From positions 248,001 to 312,000 of the IMG/VR virus record IMGVR_UViG_3300046692_000091: 64,000 bases of DNA; one strand, 5' to 3'. How positions within the stretch are numbered: the first letter of the stretch is position 1; each line of letters opens with the position of its first letter. A program made the position numbers and the translations under genes. A model generated the notes under the pieces. That model was not told the DNA's origin, did no database searches, and worked only from the letters and a program-made list of their open reading frames with translations. Below are positions 1 to 8,816 of this stretch, in pieces.

Positions 1-62
1 GAAAAGTATCTGATGGAAAATCAATAAGGCCCCCATGTGGGGCTTTATGCCGTGAGGTGTAA

Positions 63-563
63 ATGGAACAATATGTGGTACCCTTCGAGAATGCCGTAGC
101 TATGTTCTCGATACCAGACTTCTATGGTTTTAATGAACCGCAGTATCTGGATGTCATCATGGAGTTTAATGATGAACGGGATAAGCTGACTGATCTAATT
201 GCCAATGCAATCGTACAAAGGAACGTATACGAGCCTGAGCAGTTCCGTGAGATGATTCACATGGGTTTAGGTTACATGGGGATCGATCCAGACGAAGAGA
301 CGTTCTATGCGACTATGGTTCAGTTTGTTCGAAGTATCTGTCTGAAGTGTTCCCCCTATATTCTCGGTACAGATCTAAAACTCATTGATGCGATTGAAGA
401 TGCGGATTGGGTTAACATCATCTACCGAGAAACTTCGGAACCACAACTATGCTCTATACAGCAGCCCAACGATTCGACAAGCTTGCCTGGTTCCCTGGCT
501 ATAGCAAAGCCCGTAAGTTGTATGGCAATCTCCACCGAGGCAAACCCAATCACAATGAGATAG
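63..563 (+). CDS. hypothetical protein (small-gene block upstream of the gp49/gp50-like genes)
   Basis: 166-aa ORF with GAGGTG RBS, directly after a hairpin-TATG element; the C-terminal ~38 codons overlap the next ORF. Confidence 0.75.
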   Translation: MEQYVVPFENAVAMFSIPDFYGFNEPQYLDVIMEFNDERDKLTDLIANAIVQRNVYEPEQFREMIHMGLGYMGIDPDEETFYATMVQFVRSICLKCSPYILGTDLKLIDAIEDADWVNIIYRETSEPQLCSIQQPNDSTSLPGSLAIAKPVSCMAISTEANPITMR

Positions 564-940
564 GGCCAGGTGGTTTCATGGATGATGTGTTTGAGTGGAT
601 ACTAGAAGCTCACGCACATTTCCTAGAAACTGGAGAGATCTTACAACTACATCACGTACCTCGCTTGACTCGATATAACAAGCAAGCCCTGGCATATGAG
701 ATCGAGTTCTTAAAGATAGCCGTGGTTTTATGGAAGCGCTTACCGAGAACGATTGGATCGATCTTCCCCGTCAACTTACAGGGGAATGCAATCTACCTGT
801 TGTTAGGGTATGATCCTAATCATAGAGACTTATCGATGCCTCCAGAGATCGTGAATGTCACTCCCGAGCAATTCCTACGCCCCAGCAAGAAAGTACGTGG
901 TGGTAAAAAGGATATGAAAACCACCCAAGGTGCCACATGA
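449..940 (+). CDS. hypothetical protein
   Basis: 163-aa ORF with ATGA overlap into the next gene; start uncertain (449 or the later MDDVF). Confidence 0.7.
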   Translation: MLYTAAQRFDKLAWFPGYSKARKLYGNLHRGKPNHNEIGPGGFMDDVFEWILEAHAHFLETGEILQLHHVPRLTRYNKQALAYEIEFLKIAVVLWKRLPRTIGSIFPVNLQGNAIYLLLGYDPNHRDLSMPPEIVNVTPEQFLRPSKKVRGGKKDMKTTQGAT

Positions 941-1446
941 CCCCATTCGTCCCTGATAACATTGCTGTACGTGTATCCTTCAACTCGGTAAGTATTCCGA
1001 TTAACAAGATGGTCAGCATCTTAGAAGGTACATCCAACAACACACCGTATCCGATGGAAGAAGATTCTATTCGTACGATTCTGTATGAGTGCTTGAATGA
1101 ATACCTACAATTCTCTCTGCCGAATGTACCGAATGGACAAAACTGTTCCTTCGAGCATTACTTAGATGATCGATTCAAAGCTCTGTCAGCCACGCTGAAC
1201 CCTCCTGAGCTAGAAGGCTACCCACCGCCAGATAAACGGATGATGATGTTCCTGAATGTCCAGTGGGCGATCGCAGTGGGTGAACTAGGGCGACAACTCT
1301 TACCGGGTATTCGTGATTTGAATGCACACAACCAAGACGTCGAGCAAATCCACATGTTTAAGTTGGATAACTACCAAACGGGCATGTACGTGTTGTCCGG
1401 CATTCTCTACGATACAGTTGATGCCGAATCGGAAGAGGGGCTATGA
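937..1446 (+). CDS. hypothetical protein
   Basis: 169-aa ORF with ATGA coupling at both ends. Confidence 0.75.
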   Translation: MTPFVPDNIAVRVSFNSVSIPINKMVSILEGTSNNTPYPMEEDSIRTILYECLNEYLQFSLPNVPNGQNCSFEHYLDDRFKALSATLNPPELEGYPPPDKRMMMFLNVQWAIAVGELGRQLLPGIRDLNAHNQDVEQIHMFKLDNYQTGMYVLSGILYDTVDAESEEGL

Positions 1447-1793
1447 GCTATAGCCTCCACACATACGACGTAGGTATGTTTGGAAATATCTATATCCCAG
1501 GGTTCCCGTTAGCATCAATCGGCATAAGCCATTGGATCATCTCCGTTGCTCTACAGAACCTTACTGCAGAAGAGGGTAAGGTAAAGTCGGCAGTAGATGA
1601 GATTGGCTATGCAATGGACCACTATTTGTATAAGCACTATAACACATTCACAGCTGAGGCTCTCCATTATTTTGAAGAGCAATGCATCTGTTATTATGTC
1701 ACGGTGGAAAATTACTTCGCCCAATTCCAATTAGCAGAACATGTCGATACTCCCGAAAAGAATAGAGGGGTAGCTATCGTATTCAAGGACTAA
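1443..1793 (+). CDS. hypothetical protein
   Basis: 116-aa ORF, GAGGGG RBS, ATGA overlap. Confidence 0.7.
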   Translation: MSYSLHTYDVGMFGNIYIPGFPLASIGISHWIISVALQNLTAEEGKVKSAVDEIGYAMDHYLYKHYNTFTAEALHYFEEQCICYYVTVENYFAQFQLAEHVDTPEKNRGVAIVFKD

Positions 1794-1794
1794 A

Positions 1795-2175
1795 ATGAAA
1801 CTCAACGAACCACAACTGATTTACTCCGTAATGGATTCGGCAGCAGGCATGAAGTTTGCTGCTCGATTCCTAGATGAGTCCACGCACAACCCCGAGAAAG
1901 ATTCCTGGGAAGAAAATGGAGTCCCTCTACGCAGGGCACTGGTGAATAAGTTCCAAAAGCTAGTGATGGATATATTCTGCGATGAATTATTCATGGAGAC
2001 TATTTTAGAGTCCCCTGATGAAGATCTCTCTCAAGACATGCTTGATACATTCGCGATTTATCAAGAGTTCATCACCATGTTTCCGCACTACGACGTTATT
2101 GGTATTGTGCCTATGAACCTAGCTGGAACAGTTGGCTTCGTAATTCAGGACAAACCTATGAGAAAACACTCATAG
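1795..2175 (+). CDS. hypothetical protein
   Basis: 126-aa ORF 1 nt after the previous stop, AAGGA RBS. Confidence 0.7.
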   Translation: MKLNEPQLIYSVMDSAAGMKFAARFLDESTHNPEKDSWEENGVPLRRALVNKFQKLVMDIFCDELFMETILESPDEDLSQDMLDTFAIYQEFITMFPHYDVIGIVPMNLAGTVGFVIQDKPMRKHS

Positions 2176-2185
2176 GAATTTTCCA

Positions 2186-2602
2186 ATGGCACTAATCACT
2201 GACATTGCCGAAGGTACACGGGTAAGCTTTGAAGTTTATCCGGTTGCATACTTAGCCAATGATTTCAAAGACGTAATCTTCGAAGGAGTTGTGACACCAG
2301 CAGTTGCACGTAAGCTGGGTCATGATCTGGATACCGCACACCAGAACGTATACCCTACGCTCATTGCTGCAGGTGTATCTGTACCAAACGATCCACGCCA
2401 ATACAACTACGCGTACGTCACGTTTAGTGGTGGTGACTCACTGTTTGTCGGTGTGCCTTGGATTCGTGCAGGAACGGTTGTATCGTCTGATGGTAAAACA
2501 TTAGGCCTAGTGTTCCAGAATCTAGATGATCGTAGACGTCGTCGGATCTTGGAAGCAATCTCCTCGATCAATGAAACACCCGATTCCCAAACCTGGGAAT
2601 AA
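2186..2602 (+). CDS. conserved Chimalliviridae protein, beta-rich (SH3-like), phiKZ gp49-like
   Basis: SFEVYP...HQNVYPTL...VPNDP..Y.Y pattern recalled from phiKZ-family core proteins; position upstream of the polymerase. Confidence 0.65.
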   Translation: MALITDIAEGTRVSFEVYPVAYLANDFKDVIFEGVVTPAVARKLGHDLDTAHQNVYPTLIAAGVSVPNDPRQYNYAYVTFSGGDSLFVGVPWIRAGTVVSSDGKTLGLVFQNLDDRRRRRILEAISSINETPDSQTWE

Positions 2603-2643
2603 CGAGCCTCCCCTAGTGGGAGGCTTTATGCCGGAGTTACCCG

Positions 2644-2790
2644 ATGAACATCATGATTCCACCTTTCATGCTTCCTTATAGACGCAAGACAAAAGAAGAG
2701 CTTGCTCTAGAAAAGAAACAAGCCATGGCCTCTAAGATTATGCAGTGCCTTACCCGCCACCAACCAAAAAAGAAACGGAAAAAGAAATGA
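2644..2790 (+). CDS. 48-aa basic microprotein (not in ORF track)
   Basis: GGAG RBS, ATG 2644, MNIMIPPFMLPYRRKTKEELALEKKQAMASKIMQCLTRHQPKKKRKKK, ATGA overlap with the next gene. Confidence 0.6.
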   Translation: MNIMIPPFMLPYRRKTKEELALEKKQAMASKIMQCLTRHQPKKKRKKK

Positions 2791-3143
2791 CCCAGTTTGA
2801 ACCTCAAGCAGTAATCGTACCGAAAAGCGAAACTCGATTCACCCCGACTGAGATCGGCGAGTTCCTGTTCCATCACACCAAGCGTGAACCAGCTCGTTTG
2901 GAAGGTTTGGTCATTACCTGGAACGTCGATGCCTCTAAGGCACGTACTGTCAACTTCAAACATGGCACGACACTCGACCTTACACTGTCAGCCCAAGTCC
3001 ACTGGAAAGAAGATGCGAACTTCGTGGATTTCTGGGTAGAGCAGAATATCAATGAACTTGCACACTTCGATGTCCAACGTTTGATTGCCTTCCATTTGAC
3101 TGACGCATACAAACAAAAGATCCAAGCGCTATGGGATCGATGA
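2787..3143 (+). CDS. hypothetical protein
   Basis: Start moved to ATG 2787 (MTQFEPQ), coupled to the upstream microprotein stop. Confidence 0.65.
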   Translation: MTQFEPQAVIVPKSETRFTPTEIGEFLFHHTKREPARLEGLVITWNVDASKARTVNFKHGTTLDLTLSAQVHWKEDANFVDFWVEQNINELAHFDVQRLIAFHLTDAYKQKIQALWDR

Positions 3144-3198
3144 AACAATACTGACGACCACAACACTCTGTGAATGTTTGTTGATGTGAAACTCTTGA

Positions 3199-3225
3199 AG
3201 TGCTACTTCGGTGGCACTATTTTTT
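3199..3225 (+). terminator. intrinsic terminator
   Basis: agtgctac-TTCG-gtggcact followed by a T run. Confidence 0.75.
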
Positions 3226-3258
3226 CCTGAGTATCCGTTGACGCCTACAGAGGTGTAT

Positions 3259-5406
3259 ATGGCACTACCAGAATTACCAAATCCTTTTATGTTGCCAACC
3301 AATGCGTACAAACGCGATCTGGACATCATTGAAGGGGCAATTGCCGACAACGCAAGGTACTTGCAATTAATGACCTTGGCTGACTACGATAAGTGTGCAG
3401 TCTGGGTACGGGATCAATTCCGGGCAACCGGTAAGTTCCCATTGGTCGATCCCAAGACATTCGTTCTCGATAAGAACATGAATGGTGATCGATCTAAGAA
3501 AACAACTTCGTTCATGGGCTTCATCAAACGAGTTGAGAAACAGAATCTATTGTTGTCACCATCATTGACAGCATATCTGCCAGAATCCGTTCGCCAATCT
3601 ACTCACGCTATCTACATCAAAGAAGGTGTAGCTAACCGTAAGAAGGTTAAAGGACAACAGATGGCAGCAGAACAAGATGGTGATTTCGAACTTGCTTCCG
3701 TCCGTAAGGGTGAGCAAGAGAACTTCAAAATTAACAATAACTCCTATTCAGGAGCTACGGTTAGTGCTGCCACCATTCTGTACTACAAGTCTACTCACTC
3801 TTCATTGACTTCGACCTGCCGTGTTGCAACGTCGTATGCTAACGCAAACAATGAAAAGTTCTTGATGGGTAACCGTCATTATTACAACCCGGAAATCACC
3901 AAGGCAAACTTGGTATCGATCATTAACAACACCGACTATGTTTTACTACAGACGGCGATCGATAAGTACGAACTAGTTTACCCCACAGCTGAAGACGTTG
4001 TAGAGATGTGTCTCTACTCGACTAAGCATTACTGGCAGAACCGTGTGTTCACTCAACACATCCGTCAGATGGCTATGGGTATGACTCCAATCCAACGTGC
4101 AGCTGTTATGTACGTAGGTGATCTGTATCACCTGAATAAACACAACCCAATCCCAACTCGTCGGTTCTTGGAATCGATTGCTCAGATTGGCGATAACACA
4201 AACACCATGTCCCAGGAAGAATACGATAGCATTCGCGATGGTGACTTGAAGTTGTTGGTCAAGTTTCTGTGTTTCGAACAAGTCCGTGGTCGTTCTGATG
4301 AACGTTTGGAGAAAGAGAACCCTGAGGTCTTCGATCTGTTGCGCTCAACCTGTAAGACGGTTGTAGACGGTCTAGACTATCATCGTGATCTGATCAACGC
4401 GTTGTATCTGACTAAGAACATTCCTCACTCGATTCATGCATTTAAAGACTCGTATCGTCGTGCTGCAGTTATCTCTGACACCGACTCTACAATGTTTACG
4501 ATGCAGTTCTGGGTAGAAGAGTTCCACGGTCGTATCTGCTTTACTCCAGAAGCTAAACGTCTGGTGTTTGGTCTAGTGTTCCTGGTATCTGAAGTTGTAA
4601 TGCACATCCTGGCGATTCAATCGGCCAACATGGGTGTGGGTGAAGACAAGCTTCGTCTGCTGGCGATGAAGAACGAATACTACTTTGCTGTGTTGTCATT
4701 GACGACTCGGTCGAAGCACTACTTTGCATCTCAGGATGCGGTAGAAGGTATCATGTTCGAAATCTCTCGAATGGAAGTTAAGGGCGTAGGTCTACGAGAT
4801 TCTAAGGTTCAGCCGTTCGTTAACAAAGCGGCTAAGAAACTGATGGGTCACATCATCGATTCGGTGAAGACTGAAACTCCGTTGGATTTGCCTTCGATCC
4901 TGAAAGACATCGCTGATATGGAACGTCGCATTTACGTTTCTGTTCGTACAGGTAAAGCAGAGTATCTGACCACTGGTCAGTGCAAACAAGCGAATGCCTA
5001 TAAGTCTGAAGAAGACAACGACACGTATAAGAAGTATCTGTTCTGGAAAGATGTATTCGGTCCATCGTACGGTGAAATCCCACCACCACCATATTCGTTT
5101 GTTAAGATCTCGCTTACGGCATCTAACCGAACGAAGATGAACGAGTGGTTCGATAGTATCGAAGACAAACGTCTTGGTATGCGACTGAAGGAATGGGCAC
5201 TGGCGAATAACAAGACAGGCTTGACCTCGATTAACGTTCCTGCTTCTGTTGTAGAAAACATGGGCGTGCCAGAAGCGATCACTCGTGTAGCTGACGTACG
5301 TACCATTATCTCTAACACCATGGGTGTGTTCTATCTCATCATGGAATCCCTGGGGATCTTCCTGATTGATGCGAATAACTCCCGTCTGATCTCGGATTTC
5401 TATTAA
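3259..5406 (+). CDS. family B DNA polymerase, catalytic (motif B/C) part, phiKZ gp50-like
   Basis: KINNNSYSG (motif B) and VISDTDSTMF (motif C); GAGGTG RBS before ATG 3259. Confidence 0.9.
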   Translation: MALPELPNPFMLPTNAYKRDLDIIEGAIADNARYLQLMTLADYDKCAVWVRDQFRATGKFPLVDPKTFVLDKNMNGDRSKKTTSFMGFIKRVEKQNLLLSPSLTAYLPESVRQSTHAIYIKEGVANRKKVKGQQMAAEQDGDFELASVRKGEQENFKINNNSYSGATVSAATILYYKSTHSSLTSTCRVATSYANANNEKFLMGNRHYYNPEITKANLVSIINNTDYVLLQTAIDKYELVYPTAEDVVEMCLYSTKHYWQNRVFTQHIRQMAMGMTPIQRAAVMYVGDLYHLNKHNPIPTRRFLESIAQIGDNTNTMSQEEYDSIRDGDLKLLVKFLCFEQVRGRSDERLEKENPEVFDLLRSTCKTVVDGLDYHRDLINALYLTKNIPHSIHAFKDSYRRAAVISDTDSTMFTMQFWVEEFHGRICFTPEAKRLVFGLVFLVSEVVMHILAIQSANMGVGEDKLRLLAMKNEYYFAVLSLTTRSKHYFASQDAVEGIMFEISRMEVKGVGLRDSKVQPFVNKAAKKLMGHIIDSVKTETPLDLPSILKDIADMERRIYVSVRTGKAEYLTTGQCKQANAYKSEEDNDTYKKYLFWKDVFGPSYGEIPPPPYSFVKISLTASNRTKMNEWFDSIEDKRLGMRLKEWALANNKTGLTSINVPASVVENMGVPEAITRVADVRTIISNTMGVFYLIMESLGIFLIDANNSRLISDFY

Positions 5407-6206
5407 TGGATTTTGAAACGCTGCATCCTTTGCCACAAGACATCTATGCACGGGTTGTTAAAGAACTTCGTCGTATCGAGACAGATTACAATGTGACTGT
5501 CTTGTACGCCTGTGAGTCTGGCAGTCGTGCATGGGGCTTTGCTTCCATCAACAGTGATTTCGATGTACGCTTTGTCTATGTGCCGAAGATTGACTGGCAC
5601 TTGGATATCGACAAGCAACGGAACGTGATCGATTCACAGATCCCAGAGTTCGATCTGGACATGAGTGGGTGGTCCTTGGGTAAAACCTTGGGCCTGTTGC
5701 GTAAGTCTAATCCAGCTCTACTGGAATGGTTGGGTTCACCGCTGGTGTACATGTACCGTCCAGAAAGACAGGATCTGAAAGAACTGGCTCTCCGTCAATT
5801 CAATCCTGATGCAGCATTCAACCACTACCTGAACCTGGCTAGTGGTACTTGGAAGCGTTTCATCTGGGATCATGATGACGTCATCTATAAGAAGTACTTC
5901 TACGCACTCCGTCCGTTGTTCGCAATCGAATGGGTGTTGAAGTATGGAATGATGCCTCCGACCGAATACGAGAAACTAGTTGCTGACTTCTCACCATCGC
6001 CAACATTGCAAGCCGCAATGGATGAACTGATGGCATTGAAGATGTCCGGTGATGAAACCCGTGTCGGCCCACGTATCCCAGAATTGGATAACTTCATCTG
6101 GAACCAGTTGGATAAGTTCAAAGGCATGTTGGTTAAAGCACCAGAAAAGCCTGACGATGAACCATTGAAAGAGTTCTTCCGTAAGACCGTTCGCAAATAC
6201 GATTGA
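5406..6206 (+). CDS. Pol-beta superfamily nucleotidyltransferase (YcgL/RlaP-like)
   Basis: YACESGSRAWGFASINSDFDVRFVY (GS..DxD), LLRKSNPALLEW, KKYFYALRP; TAATG coupling to the polymerase. Confidence 0.85.
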   Translation: MDFETLHPLPQDIYARVVKELRRIETDYNVTVLYACESGSRAWGFASINSDFDVRFVYVPKIDWHLDIDKQRNVIDSQIPEFDLDMSGWSLGKTLGLLRKSNPALLEWLGSPLVYMYRPERQDLKELALRQFNPDAAFNHYLNLASGTWKRFIWDHDDVIYKKYFYALRPLFAIEWVLKYGMMPPTEYEKLVADFSPSPTLQAAMDELMALKMSGDETRVGPRIPELDNFIWNQLDKFKGMLVKAPEKPDDEPLKEFFRKTVRKYD

Positions 6207-6253
6207 TTCATGGCCTCACCTTCGGGTGGGGCTTATGTCCACAAGGAAACAAC

Positions 6254-6658
6254 ATGCGACATTTTCCACCTGATGTAATCCTGCATGTCGGTGACAAAGT
6301 AAACTTCATTGTCAACGTGCAGATCAAACCAAATCTTGCTTTACCCTCAGAAGAACGTGACCATCACAATCATCTTACGGTAGGAAAGGCATACCCTGCG
6401 ATAGTCGTCACTTCGAATTACTATAACACAGAAGTCGAACTGGTAAATGACTTGGGGGAAAATGCCATCCACTGGGCCGGATATGGTATTTGCCACGAAG
6501 GCATGAAAACCGTAACATCACAAATGCCAGATGACATAATCCAAGCACGCAAGATTGTCTGGATTGATGGGATCGAAGAAAAGACCACCACCGAGTATAA
6601 ACGCGTACTGGCTTCATTGCAAGAACAACGTGATCAAATCAACAAAGGTGAAATATGA
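6254..6658 (+). CDS. hypothetical protein
   Basis: AAGGA RBS before ATG 6254 (the track start lies inside the upstream hairpin). Confidence 0.7.
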   Translation: MRHFPPDVILHVGDKVNFIVNVQIKPNLALPSEERDHHNHLTVGKAYPAIVVTSNYYNTEVELVNDLGENAIHWAGYGICHEGMKTVTSQMPDDIIQARKIVWIDGIEEKTTTEYKRVLASLQEQRDQINKGEI

Positions 6659-7059
6659 ACTATAACGTCATCTTTAAAGAAGGCGAGCCATGCAAGTGGC
6701 GTTGCATGGTAGATAACGAATGCCGTGATAATGCAGAGGAGATCATATCTGCAAAGTGGTATGATGTTATCGTGGCAGCCACGCATGGTACCGCTATGAC
6801 GCTCATGCTTACTAATGAACATGGCAAAGAACAACTTGTCCCACATTACGCTTATGGCACCTGGGCGGACTGTTCTCAAATCGGTATCCTTAATCCAGAA
6901 CTGGCTACTGAACGTATGCGCGCCTATGTTCAGAAACAAATTAACGAACAAAAAGCCCACCATCAAACTCGGATGAATAACCTGCGTCATGAGATGCGGA
7001 CTATCAACATTAAAGGATTCGTAGATGAGCCAGCTGTACTTGTGGAAACTAACGCGTAA
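6655..7059 (+). CDS. hypothetical protein
   Basis: 134-aa ORF, AAGGTG RBS, ATGA overlap. Confidence 0.7.
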   Translation: MNYNVIFKEGEPCKWRCMVDNECRDNAEEIISAKWYDVIVAATHGTAMTLMLTNEHGKEQLVPHYAYGTWADCSQIGILNPELATERMRAYVQKQINEQKAHHQTRMNNLRHEMRTINIKGFVDEPAVLVETNA

Positions 7060-7369
7060 AGGCGATGTAGATTACGATCAATTTCGTGGGATGGTTGTAT
7101 GTGCATCATCAGAAGACCTAGCACTGCATCATATCGCTCGTGAAGGACGTTGGTCTACTGATACCGATAGATCCCTGGCTGATAAAGTTTCAGACATCTT
7201 AGAAGTAGGTCTCCCTACCTCGGTTGAAGAATACCTGGCTTACGAAATGAGTGGGTTCGATGAAACGGATGAAATGTTTCCCCGTGCACACTGGACAGTA
7301 CAATGCATTGGTATAGTGATGACCGGTATAACACCAGGAATAATTCTCTCCGACATGCGCCACGGATAA
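7025..7369 (+). CDS. widespread phage hypothetical protein
   Basis: YD.F..MVVCA.SE..A...W...CIG.....GIIL pattern typical of small phage proteins. Confidence 0.65.
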   Translation: MSQLYLWKLTRKGDVDYDQFRGMVVCASSEDLALHHIAREGRWSTDTDRSLADKVSDILEVGLPTSVEEYLAYEMSGFDETDEMFPRAHWTVQCIGIVMTGITPGIILSDMRHG

Positions 7370-7413
7370 CTAAAGAAATACCCATAACCCCCATTTAATG
7401 TAAGAGGTTTGTT

Positions 7414-8595
7414 ATGCACGATCCAATCGACGATGTAACGGAAGATGAAGAACTACTTATCTTTCACGCATATCTCGACGAACAAAACAAACTACAATCA
7501 TCATTCGCAATAAATCATACACTCAAGGAAAATGGACTCATGCAATCCCTCAATGTAGAAACTGGTTCCCAAGCTGCAGAACTCGCTGGTATCTCGGCTA
7601 ACCAAATGCTGGAAACCAATGATGGCGATGGTTGGTTTGAAGGTCAAGACATGCTGGATATTCTGGCTCAACCTACCCCAGAACTCCAAGCCGCTAAAGT
7701 ACAAGAGATCCGTACTTCACGTCAAGCTGATGCAGAACTCAACGTAATGGATGGCGCACAGGCTGCAGAGTTCGCATCCATCTCAGCCAATCGGCCGATC
7801 ATTTCTTCCGGTGCTGTGCACGCATCAGTCCCGAAAGACTTCGTCTACGATACTGAAGGTACATTCCTTAAGCCTGTGGAAATTATCGGCATGACTGATG
7901 AGAAGAATTTCAGTGGTGCGTCACTGGCTGAAGCTTTCCTGCAAGCTAAAGAAAGCCTGGGTGGCGATGACGTAGTTAAAGAATCCCTGGAAGATGTAGT
8001 TGCTGCTACTGCAACTAACTCCACCATCAAGCCTCTGACTAAGAAACAGCTGAAGGCACAGAAGCACATGCAAAAGAACATGCAGGGTTACATGAAGAAA
8101 GCGCAAAAACAAGCGCAGACTCAGCATATCCTGAACAAGCTGTACACCCACTCGATCCGTACCCCTGAACAAGCTCGCCAGATCCATGCAGCTCAGTTGG
8201 CTAAAGCTGAAATCGTCTCGATCCTCGGTCAGCGTCAAGCAGATGCATTCTTCGCTGCTAAGCCTGGTACCAAGTGCCATGACTTCTTCCCGAAGGCTAC
8301 TGTTGCAGCTAACCCAACTCTGATGACTTCGGTACAAGGTGAATCCCGTACTCTGGAACAAGTCTACGAATACTTCATCTACAAGCACTTCATGCTGCTG
8401 AGCAAGAAAGCAGAAACCCCATTTGAAGGTGATCTGAATACTTCCGTAGATTGGGAGAACACTGAAGTTAAACCATACGTGGTTTACGAAGGTGCTGAAA
8501 CTACTCAAATCGATCCAGACGCAAAAGGTGATGACGTTGAAGAAGCACAGCCCGAAACCACAGAAAGTTCGTACGAAGAAGACCAAGCCGCTTGA
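7414..8595 (+). CDS. hypothetical low-complexity protein with an internal repeat
   Basis: 393-aa ORF, AGAGG RBS; alternative start at 7540; strong codon bias. Confidence 0.75.
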   Translation: MHDPIDDVTEDEELLIFHAYLDEQNKLQSSFAINHTLKENGLMQSLNVETGSQAAELAGISANQMLETNDGDGWFEGQDMLDILAQPTPELQAAKVQEIRTSRQADAELNVMDGAQAAEFASISANRPIISSGAVHASVPKDFVYDTEGTFLKPVEIIGMTDEKNFSGASLAEAFLQAKESLGGDDVVKESLEDVVAATATNSTIKPLTKKQLKAQKHMQKNMQGYMKKAQKQAQTQHILNKLYTHSIRTPEQARQIHAAQLAKAEIVSILGQRQADAFFAAKPGTKCHDFFPKATVAANPTLMTSVQGESRTLEQVYEYFIYKHFMLLSKKAETPFEGDLNTSVDWENTEVKPYVVYEGAETTQIDPDAKGDDVEEAQPETTESSYEEDQAA

Positions 8596-8632
8596 TACTT
8601 ACAGCCATCGCATTGGCCCAGGTAGTGGTTCA

Positions 8633-8785
8633 ATGATCGCCTCGAAGGTATGGGGTAGCATTAAACGTGCACAAGTCGGTCACAAAGAACGTACGTTCTC
8701 TGAGTCGATGGATCGCGCTAGTACATTGCCAACTTCTGGGATCTTCCATCCGGAATATGAAGCGCATGATTGCTTGACGGTTTAA
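8633..8785 (+). CDS. possible 50-aa protein
   Basis: ATG 8633 in the 97-aa track ORF; fills the gap before the convergent hairpin; weak RBS. Confidence 0.3.
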   Translation: MIASKVWGSIKRAQVGHKERTFSESMDRASTLPTSGIFHPEYEAHDCLTV

Positions 8786-8816
8786 CAGCATAAAGCCTTC
8801 CCCTAGGGGAAGGCGC

